From an uncultured Actinomycetota bacterium (GTDB lineage Bacteria > Actinomycetota > Acidimicrobiia > Acidimicrobiales > RAAP-2): 64,000 bases of DNA. Each line of letters begins with the position of its first letter. Position 1 is the first letter of the stretch. Below the pieces are notes generated by a model that worked only from the letters and a program-made list of their open reading frames with translations, ran no database searches and was not told the DNA's origin. Positions 10,852-20,202 of this stretch are shown here, piece by piece. The stretch is taken from assembly GCA_963715855.1 (NCBI GenBank), contig OY970279.1, positions 1,856,363 to 1,920,362 of the forward strand. Reading direction: 5' to 3'. A program made the position numbers and the translations under genes.

Positions 10852-12048
10852 CTACTGCGACGCGCCGCGGGCCGTAACCTCGGCCACGCCGATCACGTCG
10901 TCACCGCGCACCAACCACACGTGGTCGTAGCGGTCGACGGTCGGGTCACAGTGCGGCGGCACCAGCGACAGTCGCTGGCCCCGGCGCAGTGGATCACGCG
11001 GGTCACAGGTCACGAGCCCGTGCTCGTCGCCGAAGAACTGGTACGCCCCACCCTGGGGTCCCAGCACCCGGGGCGGTCCGGCGTCGGTCGCCATTGACTT
11101 GATGCCCGCATCCACGGTGGCGAATCCGTCGTGGTTCGCCGAGACGACCGTGGTGTCGATGGTGAGGCTCTGGTGGAACCGCCCCTCGGGGTCCTCGCCC
11201 AGCGCGTCGGCGTACTCGCGGTCCATGAAGACGTAGCTGCCGGGTTGGAGTTCGTTGAGACGGCCCGCCTCGAGGTCGAGTCCGGTGGTGCCGGTGCCGC
11301 CGCCGGTCACGACGGAGACCGCCATTCCGGCCTCGTCCAGCGCGTCGACGACCTCACCGAGGCGCGCCATGGCGAGCAGATTCGCCTCGCGACGCTCGGT
11401 CCGCCCGTGGATGTGCTGGAGGTGGCCCGCGTACCCCTGGACCCCGCCGAAGTCGAGTCCGTCGACGTCGATGATGCGCTCAACGACGCGCAGCGCGTGG
11501 GACGCGTCGACCACACCCGTGCGCTCGAGCCCCACGTCCACGTCGCACAGCGCACCGGCTCGTGTGCCCTCGCGGGCGAGGGCGCGCACGAGTTCGTCGA
11601 CCCCGTCGGGGTGATCCACCGCGATCGTCAGGTCACACGAGCGCGCCAGCTCGGCGGCGCGCGCGGTGGGCACCGGACCGACGAGCGGCGACGTGATCAA
11701 GATCGACACGCGTAGGTCGTAGCCGTCCTCGATCAGGCCCGCAACTACCGCCTCGGCCTCCGCCAGCTTCGCGCAGGCTAGGCCGACTGCCCCCGCCTCC
11801 AACTGGCGGCGCGCGACGAACGTCGACTTGTGAGACTTGACGTGCGGGCGCAGAGCAACCGAGCCCGCCCGCGTGAGCTCCATCATCCGCTGAATGTTCT
11901 CGTCCAATAGGTCAACGTCGAGGACCAGGGCCGGGGTCGGAATGTCCGATCGAGTCGGCGCGTTGGCCCGACTCGACAGAACGGACTCGATGAGGCGACG
12001 ACGCACTCGGTCGTTGACCGTGGGGCCCTCGGGGTTGCCCGACGTCAC
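10852..12048 (-). CDS. PLP-dependent enzyme, D-threonine aldolase/DSD1 family
   Basis: TPALVLD, RPHVKSHK (PLP lysine), ELQPGSYVFMD, HCDPT. Confidence 0.85.
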   Translation of the reverse strand: MTSGNPEGPTVNDRVRRRLIESVLSSRANAPTRSDIPTPALVLDVDLLDENIQRMMELTRAGSVALRPHVKSHKSTFVARRQLEAGAVGLACAKLAEAEAVVAGLIEDGYDLRVSILITSPLVGPVPTARAAELARSCDLTIAVDHPDGVDELVRALAREGTRAGALCDVDVGLERTGVVDASHALRVVERIIDVDGLDFGGVQGYAGHLQHIHGRTERREANLLAMARLGEVVDALDEAGMAVSVVTGGGTGTTGLDLEAGRLNELQPGSYVFMDREYADALGEDPEGRFHQSLTIDTTVVSANHDGFATVDAGIKSMATDAGPPRVLGPQGGAYQFFGDEHGLVTCDPRDPLRRGQRLSLVPPHCDPTVDRYDHVWLVRGDDVIGVAEVTARGASQ

Positions 12049-13454
12049 TGGGTGAGGGGCGCGGTGAGGGGCCAGGGAAACTCGCGCTCGGCGACTCGGG
12101 CCAGATCGAGCAGGAGTTGCTCTTCGTGGTGACGACCGATGACCTGTAGTCCGATGGGTAGTTCGTCCATCTCTCCCGAAGGGATGCTCACGGCGGGATT
12201 GCCCGCCAGGTTGGCGGGGAACGTCAGTGCCCCGTTGTTGGACAATGCGCGGTCCAATCCGTAGGTGGCGATCAGGTCGACGCCGCCGACGGTCGTGGCC
12301 ATGGGACCGGCCGCGTTGAAGGCGATGTCCGGATTCGTCGCGCAGATGATGTAGTCGGTTTGCTCAAAGATCTCAGCCATCTTTTCATTGAAGAGGATGC
12401 GAAACATTTCGGATGCACCGACGGCGTCGATCGAGAAGCGCTCCATCGCGAAGCTCATCGCTAGCTGAACCTCTGGGGTGAGGTCGTCGTGACAGTCGGG
12501 GTAGAGGTCCCCGAGCAGACCCGCCAGACCGCTCAGGTTGGAGAGGGCCCACTCGGTCCCACCGACCGGGAAGTCGACGACCACGTCGACGCGCGCGAGC
12601 CCCGCGGCCGCGATCAATTCCTCTGCGCGCTGGGTAAGGATCTGCGCCTGACGCTCGTCGATGATGGCGCCACCGAGATCCATCGCGATGACCGCACGCC
12701 GGCCGCGCAGGTCGAAGCTGTCCAGACCGGCCTCCCAACCCTCCACGCGCGGCAGGCTCAGCGTGTCGCGTGGGTCGAACCCGTTGCACACGTCAAACCA
12801 CCTTGCCGTGTCGCGCACCGAGCGCGAGAGGCAACCCACGACGACCGTGAGTGGGGGCTGATGGGCGAACGGGCCCTTAGGGATGCGCCCGAACGTTGAC
12901 TTGAGGGCGAACAGTCCCGTGAACCCGGCAGGGATGCGCAGGGATCCGCCGCCGTCACCGCCGGAACCGATCGGCACCAGACCGCCCGCGACTGCCGCGG
13001 CGGTGCCGCCGGAGGACCCGCCGGGAGTGCGCTCGAGACTCCAAGGATTACGCGTCGTTCCGTGGAGCCGGGTGTTGGTGCAGTTGATGAACCCGAACTC
13101 CGAGGCGGTGGTCTGGCCAACCAACACGGCCCCCGCGTCACGCAAACGCGACACCTGGGTCGAGTCGGCGTGCGCGACGCGGTCCTTGAAGACGAGCGAG
13201 GCGAATGTCGCAGGCCATCCTGCGACGGCGTCAAGCTCCTTGATCGCTATGGGCACGCCGCCGAACGGCAAGGTGATGTCGGCGTCGTCGGCTGTGGCGC
13301 GCGCCCGGTCCGCGTCAACCAGGCTGAAGGCATTGAGGTCGGACGTGGCGATCGCGTCGAGCGACGCGTCCAGCGCCTCGCGGGGGCTCAACTCTCGCGC
13401 GCGAAAGGCATCGACGAGTGCGCACGCGTCGCCTCGCCACGCGTCGTTGCTCAC
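12045..13454 (-). CDS. Amidase signature family protein
   Basis: PIAIKE, TPGGSSGG, GDGGGSLRIPA. Confidence 0.92.
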   Translation of the reverse strand: MSNDAWRGDACALVDAFRARELSPREALDASLDAIATSDLNAFSLVDADRARATADDADITLPFGGVPIAIKELDAVAGWPATFASLVFKDRVAHADSTQVSRLRDAGAVLVGQTTASEFGFINCTNTRLHGTTRNPWSLERTPGGSSGGTAAAVAGGLVPIGSGGDGGGSLRIPAGFTGLFALKSTFGRIPKGPFAHQPPLTVVVGCLSRSVRDTARWFDVCNGFDPRDTLSLPRVEGWEAGLDSFDLRGRRAVIAMDLGGAIIDERQAQILTQRAEELIAAAGLARVDVVVDFPVGGTEWALSNLSGLAGLLGDLYPDCHDDLTPEVQLAMSFAMERFSIDAVGASEMFRILFNEKMAEIFEQTDYIICATNPDIAFNAAGPMATTVGGVDLIATYGLDRALSNNGALTFPANLAGNPAVSIPSGEMDELPIGLQVIGRHHEEQLLLDLARVAEREFPWPLTAPLTQ

Positions 13455-13469
13455 AGAGGGAGAGACTAC

Positions 13470-14555
13470 CTAGTGAACCGGCGGTGCAGGACTATCGGTG
13501 TCGATCGGCGTGGCGTCACGAATCAGCCACCGTCCATGGTGATGACACCACCCGAAGTGCTCAGGTGCGTCTCCGGGTCGCGTGACCATGACCTGCGTGG
13601 CCCCGCCCTGGGGCGGCGCGGTGGAACCTCGAGGAGCTGGCCACTCCACGGCGGCGGGGAGCTCCAGCGAGATCCACGCGACGTTGCCGTGCGCGCACAG
13701 CTCGGTCATGCGATCGAAGTAGGTAGCTTGCGCATCGCGCGAGAGGTAGGCGGCGAACCACGTGTTCGTGATCACCGTTGGGACTCCGGTCTCTCCCGCG
13801 GCGAGGGCATCATCCAGTCGTTCCAAGGCGTCGCCGCGCAGGATCGTGAGGTCCGGCCACGACGCCCGGGCGTGGATGATGGCGTCTACGCGTTCAAAGC
13901 GTCGACGCTCCTCGGGCCACACACACGCCTCAAGCCACCGCTGGTCGTGGGGGCTCGTCAGATCGAGCGGATTGCGGTCGATACCCGTGCGTGTCGCGAT
14001 CTCGGGCAGCGGTATTGATCGATCGATGGGTCCCTCGTCGCGGCACACGAGGGTCATCGGGTCGGCGTCGTCGACTGACGAGACGCGATACTTGTCGAGG
14101 TACAGGTTCAGTCCGGCGGACGTCCCCACATCGAGGAGATTGACGCGTTCGGCCCCCGCGGCGGCGTAGGGAAGGACCGCGCGGAGCACGGCGGACCGGC
14201 CCGGTTCGTTGGTTTGGGTGGACCGGTGCAGTTGCGTCCGCACCAGTTCCGGATCGGTGTTCAGGACGGAGATCACCGTGGTCACCATCTCGTCCACCGA
14301 GTCGGTTCGTCCGTGGCGCACGGCGTCATAGAGGGGACCGAGAACCGGGTGACCCTCGAGGGCCAGGTAGTGCAGCGCCGCCAGGATCAACATGGGGTTG
14401 CGCTGTTCGCTGCGTACCTCGGCGAGTAGGCGCAGCGCCGTGTCGTCGTCGCCAAGTGCGCGAATCAAGCTCGCATAGAACGGGAGTCGTTCTTGGTCCT
14501 CGGGCGTGAGCGCCCAGCCGTAGCGTTTTCGGGCGTCGTCCAGATCGAGTTCCAC
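13470..14555 (-). CDS. DUF2332-family protein
   Basis: TQTNEPGRS, LLDVGTSAGLNL, WLEACVWPE; start moved to GTG 14555 because TAGGAT lies 7 nt upstream. Confidence 0.75.
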   Translation of the reverse strand: MELDLDDARKRYGWALTPEDQERLPFYASLIRALGDDDTALRLLAEVRSEQRNPMLILAALHYLALEGHPVLGPLYDAVRHGRTDSVDEMVTTVISVLNTDPELVRTQLHRSTQTNEPGRSAVLRAVLPYAAAGAERVNLLDVGTSAGLNLYLDKYRVSSVDDADPMTLVCRDEGPIDRSIPLPEIATRTGIDRNPLDLTSPHDQRWLEACVWPEERRRFERVDAIIHARASWPDLTILRGDALERLDDALAAGETGVPTVITNTWFAAYLSRDAQATYFDRMTELCAHGNVAWISLELPAAVEWPAPRGSTAPPQGGATQVMVTRPGDAPEHFGWCHHHGRWLIRDATPIDTDSPAPPVH

Positions 14556-14624
14556 CGCGCGAATCCTAAGTGTGTGGGCAACCAAGAGTGCGCGAAGCAA
14601 AGGCGACGAGACCTCGCATTGGCT

Positions 14625-15113
14625 CTAGTCAGCGGTCAGATCCAGTTCGTACCACTGTCCGGGGCGACCACCGACCTCGGTCGGTCCATCGGGAACGAAC
14701 CCCACTTTTTCCAGCACCTTTTGAGAGGCGATGTTCTCGTTGCTGGTGGCCGCCCGCAGGGTGTGGAGTTCGAAGTCCCGTCGGGCAATTTGGGTGAGTT
14801 CTCGCAATGCGGTTGTCGCGACGCCCCGGCCAGCCGCGTTTTGGGCAACGCGGTAACCGACGACCGCCGTCGAGTCGTTGATGTCATATAGGTTGAAGCG
14901 GCCGACGACGGTCCCATCGTCATCGACGAGAACGTGGAATGCGAACTTTCCGGACTCTTGGTCGTCCAACAGTGTGCGGTGCTGCTCGGCATACGTCTCA
15001 AAAAACGCGTCGCCGCGATCGTTGATCGATTCGGCGAAGTACGCCCGGTTGGCCACCTCAAAATCGAAGACCGGAGCTTCATGGTCGTCGCGAAGTCTCT
15101 GTAGGTGAAACAC
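14625..15113 (-). CDS. GNAT (RimJ/RimL-type) N-acetyltransferase
   Basis: VGYRVAQNAAGRGVAT, NIASQKVLEKVGF. Confidence 0.88.
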   Translation of the reverse strand: MFHLQRLRDDHEAPVFDFEVANRAYFAESINDRGDAFFETYAEQHRTLLDDQESGKFAFHVLVDDDGTVVGRFNLYDINDSTAVVGYRVAQNAAGRGVATTALRELTQIARRDFELHTLRAATSNENIASQKVLEKVGFVPDGPTEVGGRPGQWYELDLTAD

Positions 15114-15184
15114 GGATGAAGCCTAATTTCGTCATCTTCAACCGCTGGTGCCCACTTCGTGTCATCGGGTTGAGAACTCGAATA

Positions 15185-15214
15185 GCGGACTGCACGCACA
15201 TTCGCACAGTCCGC
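15185..15214 (-). terminator. Hairpin downstream of tmRNA
   Basis: GCGGACTG...CAGTCCGC 8-bp stem about 25 nt past the tmRNA 3' end. Confidence 0.5.
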
Positions 15215-15237
15215 CATTCGGGGTAAATCTCAAGGAG

Positions 15238-15582
15238 TGGAGGTGCGGGCGTCGAAGCCCGGTCCGATGATTCCTTGGTGAACATTCTCCGAGCGCAGCT
15301 GTCAGAAGATTGTCGGGGTGGCCACTGCTGTCAGCTCCTTTGGACACCCGTAGTTAACTAAGTTTTCCCGCCGAGACCGTTAACGGATCAGGTCGGTAAG
15401 TCCCGCATTATGACGCCCTAGATCTGAACCGCAGGACCGGGTCCAGGAGGACGTTGCTACCTAAGCAGCAAGCGCAAGCGAAGGCTTGGCGTTTATTTAG
15501 TTTTCCGGCTCTTTAACGTGGTTCCGGAGACCACGGCTCGCTTCTTTCACCTCAACAATCAACGTCGAAACCATTCACCCCC
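15238..15582 (-). ncRNA. ssrA: tmRNA; tag peptide (A)AKPSLALAA encoded at 15490-15461
   Basis: 5' GGGGGTGAATGGTTTCGAC; 3' GGACCGGGCTTCGACGCCCGCACCTCCA; acceptor stem with G3-U pair; resume signal AATAAAC-GCC; smpB nearby. Confidence 0.95.
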
Positions 15583-15988
15583 TCGTCTCGGCTCAGACTT
15601 TCAAAGCCGAACACCCATTCTACTGAAGGCCAAAGAGTCGAGGTCGGCGGGAGATTCGGCACCGAACGTCGAGGGCTTCGATGGTCTCGTCGCAGAACCC
15701 TCGAACTTGCGCCATTCAAGCTCGACGTCACAGTCGCGAGAGGTGACAGCAAGCCTTATCTCCGGGGGCACCTACGGCATCGTTTGGAAAAGCGCGCACA
15801 AGTGAGAGAAAACTGTCGTGGATCAGGGTGGCGACCGTCATTCGTGGCGGACGAGCACGACCGAATCGTCTCGATCGCGTCACTTTGTTCGATGAGTCCC
15901 GATAATCGCTAAACCTCGAAAGTTGCTGGGACATTCAATTGACTGGCTGTTACCATCACAGGGAGTTTTTGTGCAAAAAGGGGTCGAG

Positions 15989-16975
15989 ATGAAGGTTCGT
16001 CGTCAACTGTTGGTCATCGGAGCGTCATTGGCGATGGGGGCGCTGCCGCTGGCCTCACTGGCCTCCTCTCCCGCAGGTGCGACGTCACCGAACGGAACGA
16101 TCCACTACATGGCGCCAGTCGACAAATCCGGCAGGGGCAGCAAAGGCCATGCGCCAAAGTCGAACAATCTCATTTACCACGGGGGCATCTCCGACGGCGC
16201 GTCTGTCCCGATTGGAGTCGAGACCGCACCCAAGGTCTATTTAGTCTTTTGGGGGTCGCAGTGGACAAACAACGACAAGTCTGGAGAGGCGGCAATTCTT
16301 CAGAGCTTCTACTCCAACGTCGGGGGATCGTCGTGGAACAACACGGTCACCCAGTACTGCCAGGCCCCGGGCGCCGTTATTGGCTCCGCCACCTGTGGCA
16401 GCGGACCTTTCGCCGGTAATCCGTCGTCTGGTGTTCTCGCCGGTTCGTGGAGCGACAATGCGGGCGCCGCACCGGGCAGTCCGACACAGAGTCAACTCGC
16501 GGCCGAGGCCGTGAGGGCGGCTCAGAAGTTCGGTAATACGACCGCGGCGTCGAACGCGTCCGTCCAGTACGTGGTGGCCACGTCGTCGGGCAATAGCTCG
16601 GCCGGGTTTGGCGTCCGTATTGCGCGTGGCACAGCTCGACTACGTCGACCGTCGGTGACGTTGCGTACACGAACCTGCCCTACATCACCGACGCGGCTGG
16701 AAATTGCGGAGCCGACTTCATTGGTCAAGGGTGGCGTCGACTTGGGTCCCAACGCCGGCATCACCATCGTGGCGGGTCACGAGTTCGCCGAGACCGAGAC
16801 CGATCAGTTCCCGAACGGTGGATGGCTAGACGGGTCGGGGGCGGAGATCGGTGACAAGTGCGCGTGGAACTCTGCCACGACGAGCGTGAAGTTTGGATCG
16901 TCAAACTTCCCAGTACAGCCGTTGTGGAGCAACGCCTTCAACCTTGGCGTCGGAGGCTGCGTCCAGTCGTACTAG
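15989..16975 (+). CDS. Secreted PHI-1/EXORDIUM-like protein with two compensating frameshifts (about 16616 and 16720)
   Basis: Signal peptide; LIYHGG, KVYLVFWG, GHEFAETETD, EIGDKCAW, VQPLWSN in the main frame; YCAWHS...AYTNLPY...CGADF in a shifted frame at 16618-16719. Confidence 0.7.
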   Translation: MKVRRQLLVIGASLAMGALPLASLASSPAGATSPNGTIHYMAPVDKSGRGSKGHAPKSNNLIYHGGISDGASVPIGVETAPKVYLVFWGSQWTNNDKSGEAAILQSFYSNVGGSSWNNTVTQYCQAPGAVIGSATCGSGPFAGNPSSGVLAGSWSDNAGAAPGSPTQSQLAAEAVRAAQKFGNTTAASNASVQYVVATSSGNSSAGFGVRIARGTARLRRPSVTLRTRTCPTSPTRLEIAEPTSLVKGGVDLGPNAGITIVAGHEFAETETDQFPNGGWLDGSGAEIGDKCAWNSATTSVKFGSSNFPVQPLWSNAFNLGVGGCVQSY

Positions 16976-17078
16976 TGCGAACGTGAAGGATCGGTTGGAG
17001 ACCGCGGAGGTGAGGCGCGCCCCCGCGGGACTAGGGGTTGGTCATAGGCGCGTCGCAATCAGCCGGTTCAGTTCCTGG

Positions 17079-17597
17079 CTAGGCGTACTTCTCTCGCTCT
17101 CTCGACGCGCGAGCCATCTCACGGTCAGCGTCTCGTTTGGCCATCTCCTGACGCCGATCGTGTTGCTTACGACCTCTGGCGAGTCCGATTTCGATCTTGG
17201 CCCGACCCTCTTTGAAGTAGAGCTTCAAGGGGATGAGAGTCAGGGGCTGGGTCGTTGTCTGGCCGCGAAAGCGTTCGACCTGGTGACGGTGGGCGAGCAG
17301 CTTTCGTTTTCGGTCCGGATCGTGGCTGCCGAAGCCCACGGCGTGCGACCAGGGAGGAATGTGGGATCCGAAGAGCCACAACTCGTCGTCCTCGACGCGC
17401 ACGTACCCGTCGCCGATCTGTGCGGTTCCGCCCCGCAGGGACTTCACTTCTGACCCGGTGAGTACCAGGCCGCATTCGAGGGTCTCGAGGATTTCGTAGT
17501 CGTGACGGGCGCGCCGATTGGAGGCGACCACCCGGTCACCGATCACGCCTTCGCGCTGCGCCGCTCGCCGGGCTTGCATCTTCTTGGCTCGAGCCAC
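17079..17597 (-). CDS. smpB: SsrA-binding protein
   Basis: NRRARHDY, GLVLTGSEVKSLR, RKRKLLAH, LARGRKQHDRR; GTG 17597 with TACGCT 7 nt upstream. Confidence 0.96.
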   Translation of the reverse strand: MARAKKMQARRAAQREGVIGDRVVASNRRARHDYEILETLECGLVLTGSEVKSLRGGTAQIGDGYVRVEDDELWLFGSHIPPWSHAVGFGSHDPDRKRKLLAHRHQVERFRGQTTTQPLTLIPLKLYFKEGRAKIEIGLARGRKQHDRRQEMAKRDADREMARASREREKYA

Positions 17598-17654
17598 GCC
17601 GTCCAGCGTAGTGAGGGGTTCTAAAACCCTCGATGGGCTCAGTAGGGTGGCGGG

Positions 17655-18053
17655 GTGTTGACACTCAGCGCTGCGCAACGTGACGCTGTCGTTGCGACCT
17701 GCGTGAGGGCATTGCCGAACGAAGGCTGCGGACTGCTTCTCGGCGACGGCGACGGTGTCGTGAGCGACGTCGTGGCGAGCCCGAACGTCGCCGACTCCGC
17801 CAAGATTTACGAGATTGATCCGAAAGTACTGTTACAGACCTTTCGTCGAGCTGACGACGAAGGGCTCAGCGTGATTGGCGTGTTTCATTCGCACACTCGG
17901 TCCGAGGCCTACCCCAGCCCCACCGACGTCAACCAAGCGCCCGACCCGATCTGGCACTACGTATTGGTCTCACTGCGCGACGTACCGACCGTCGTGCGCA
18001 GCTTCACCATCGTCGATGGCCGGATCGACGAGGAGCCCGTCGTCCTTCGTTAG
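17655..18053 (+). CDS. mec: JAMM/M67 metallopeptidase ([CysO]-cysteine peptidase Mec-like)
   Basis: NEGCGLL, HSHTRSEAYPSPTD (JAMM motif), adjacent to cysO and cysM. Confidence 0.88.
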   Translation: MLTLSAAQRDAVVATCVRALPNEGCGLLLGDGDGVVSDVVASPNVADSAKIYEIDPKVLLQTFRRADDEGLSVIGVFHSHTRSEAYPSPTDVNQAPDPIWHYVLVSLRDVPTVVRSFTIVDGRIDEEPVVLR

Positions 18054-18162
18054 ATCGCATTATTTTGGCATTGAGCGCCGACTCTAGGGACAGATCGGAC
18101 CGGACCTACGCTATTCTTGACTAAGTTGGTCATGAATTGGCCACGGAGTCAGGAGAGGCGTC

Positions 18163-18444
18163 ATGTCCGTAGTGGTGCGAATCCCGACCGTGCTGCGGCC
18201 GGCCATGGGCGGTCAGACGACGGTCTCGGCCACCGGAGAGACCGTCGGCGACGTCTTGGGATCGCTGACGGCGACGTTCCCCGCCGTGTCGAACCAACTG
18301 CTCGACGACGACGGCGTCCTGCACAGGTTTCTCAATGTCTATTTGAACGACGACGACGTGCGCTACATCGGTGGACTGGGCGCACCCGTGGCTGACGGCG
18401 ACGAGGTGACCCTGCTGCCCGCCGTCGCCGGGGGAGCGCGGTGA
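18163..18444 (+). CDS. cysO: MoaD/ThiS-family sulfur carrier (CysO-like)
   Basis: IPTVLR, FLNVYLNDDDVRY, LLPAVAGG followed by AR-stop. Confidence 0.85.
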   Translation: MSVVVRIPTVLRPAMGGQTTVSATGETVGDVLGSLTATFPAVSNQLLDDDGVLHRFLNVYLNDDDVRYIGGLGAPVADGDEVTLLPAVAGGAR

Positions 18445-19406
18445 CGCGATACGCGTCCGTGCTCGACCTCGTCGGGCACACCCCAGTCGTAGACGTCAGC
18501 GCACTGTCGCCCCGTCCCGACGTCGCCATCCTCGCCAAACTCGAAGGTCGCAACCCCGCGGGTTCGGTGAAGGACCGCGTGGCGCTGGCACTGGTCCAGA
18601 CCGCTGAGCGCGACGGGCGCCTGGTGCCCGGCCGGCCCGGACAGACCCTTCTTGAACCGACCTCCGGCAACACCGGTATCGCGCTCGCCATGGTGTGCCG
18701 ACTGCGCGGGTACCACCTCAAAGTGGTGTTGCCGGTCAACGTGTCACCCGAGCGGCGCCAGCTGCTCCTGGCCTGGGGGGCCGAGATCATCGACTCGCCG
18801 GGTGGTGAGGGATCCAACGGCGCGGTGCGCTTGGCGCGCCGATTGGCCGAGGAGAACCCCGAGTGGGTCTTTCTCTACCAGTACGCGAACCCGGCCAACC
18901 CGATGGCCCACTACACGACCACCGCGCCCGAGATCGTCAGCGACGTGCCTGAGATCACCCACTTCGTCGCGGGCCTGGGAACCTCGGGCACCCTCATGGG
19001 CGTTGGTCGCTACCTGCGAGAGCACCGACCGGAGGTGCAGATCTGGGCGATCGAGCCGCCGGCGGGTGAGTCGGTCGACGGTCTGCGCAACCTCGACGAT
19101 GGCTACGTGCCACCGATCTTCACCGACAACAACGGTGCCGAACTTCTCGACCGCAAGGTCGTCGTGCGACCGCGCGAGTCCATCGAGTGGACGCGTCGCC
19201 TGATGGAAGTCGGCCTCTTCACCGGCATCTCTTCGGGGGCCGTGATGGCGGGTGCCGCCAAGTGCGCTCTCAGCCTGCCGGAGGGCAGCACCGCGACGAT
19301 CGTGACCGTGTTAGCCGACGAGGGGTGGAAGTACCTGTCGACCGGGGCGTGGACTGACGACGTCGACGAGGTCGTCGAGCGCGCCAAGCGGACCATCTAC
19401 TTCTAG
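18441..19406 (+). CDS. cysM: Cysteine synthase (CysM type)
   Basis: NPAGSVKDR, EPTSGNTG, GLGTSGT; operon with mec and cysO. Confidence 0.9.
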   Translation: MTRYASVLDLVGHTPVVDVSALSPRPDVAILAKLEGRNPAGSVKDRVALALVQTAERDGRLVPGRPGQTLLEPTSGNTGIALAMVCRLRGYHLKVVLPVNVSPERRQLLLAWGAEIIDSPGGEGSNGAVRLARRLAEENPEWVFLYQYANPANPMAHYTTTAPEIVSDVPEITHFVAGLGTSGTLMGVGRYLREHRPEVQIWAIEPPAGESVDGLRNLDDGYVPPIFTDNNGAELLDRKVVVRPRESIEWTRRLMEVGLFTGISSGAVMAGAAKCALSLPEGSTATIVTVLADEGWKYLSTGAWTDDVDEVVERAKRTIYF

Positions 19407-19455
19407 GCAGTTGTACCGTCGAGCCACTACCGTGGTCGGACCGAGGAGATAACTC

Positions 19456-20202
19456 ATGACTGCAGCGCGCGGCGACGGACGTCGACCGGACGAGGGACGA
19501 ACACTCACCTTCGAGCGTGACTTCACCGAGATGGCCGACGGGTCGGTGCTCGTCAGTGTCGGTCGTACCAGAGTTCTCTGCACCGCGTCGGTCGAGCGCG
19601 ACGTTCCGCGTTGGCTGCGTGGATCGGGTCGCGGATGGGTGACGGCCGAGTACTCGATGCTGCCGGGTTCGTCTCCCGAGCGAGTTGGTCGCGAGGCGGC
19701 GCGCGGTCGCCAATCCGGGCGCACCCATGAGATTCAGCGCCTCATCGGGCGGTCCCTGCGCGCGGTGACACAGCTCGAGATGATCGCCGACCTGCAAATC
19801 ACGGTGGACTGTGACGTCCTGCAGGCCGATGGGGGAACGCGCACCGCGTCCATCTGCGGCGGATTCATTGCATTGCACGACGCCATTACTCGTCTCGTCG
19901 CCGACGGCACACTCACCGAACACGCTCTCAGCGACGTGGTCGCCGGGGTCTCGGTCGGCGTCGTGGACGGCCAAGCGCTGTTGGACCTTCCATACGAAGA
20001 GGACGTGCGAGCCGACACCGATATGAACGTGGTCATGACTGGCGACGGGCGCTTCGTCGAAGTGCAGGGCACGGCCGAGCGCGAAGCGTTCTCGCGCACC
20101 GAACTCGATGTCCTCCTCGACCTCGCCCAGGCGGGCCTGCGGAGGATTCACGACGCCCAGCGCGAACTCATCGCGACGCCGCCCCGCGCACATTCGCGGT
20201 GA
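19456..20202 (+). CDS. rph: Ribonuclease PH
   Basis: [36 protein letters not shown]. Confidence 0.96.
   Translation: MTAARGDGRRPDEGRTLTFERDFTEMADGSVLVSVGRTRVLCTASVERDVPRWLRGSGRGWVTAEYSMLPGSSPERVGREAARGRQSGRTHEIQRLIGRSLRAVTQLEMIADLQITVDCDVLQADGGTRTASICGGFIALHDAITRLVADGTLTEHALSDVVAGVSVGVVDGQALLDLPYEEDVRADTDMNVVMTGDGRFVEVQGTAEREAFSRTELDVLLDLAQAGLRRIHDAQRELIATPPRAHSR

Noticed and set aside
13470-15238. Genomic island integrated at the tmRNA 3' end
   Set aside because: No integrase and no duplicate of the ssrA 3' end found in the window; only a mild compositional shift.
15518-15805. 95-aa ORF overlapping the tmRNA 5' end
   Set aside because: Antisense to ssrA, with no RBS or motif.
15880-15985. 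Possible c-di-AMP or c-di-GMP riboswitch upstream of the secreted protein (AATCGCTAAACCTCGAAAG...GGGAC...GTTACC)
   Set aside because: Only fragments match; the GGGGAACC/GGGGTGAA or GGACGCAAA cores are missing. Infernal would be needed.
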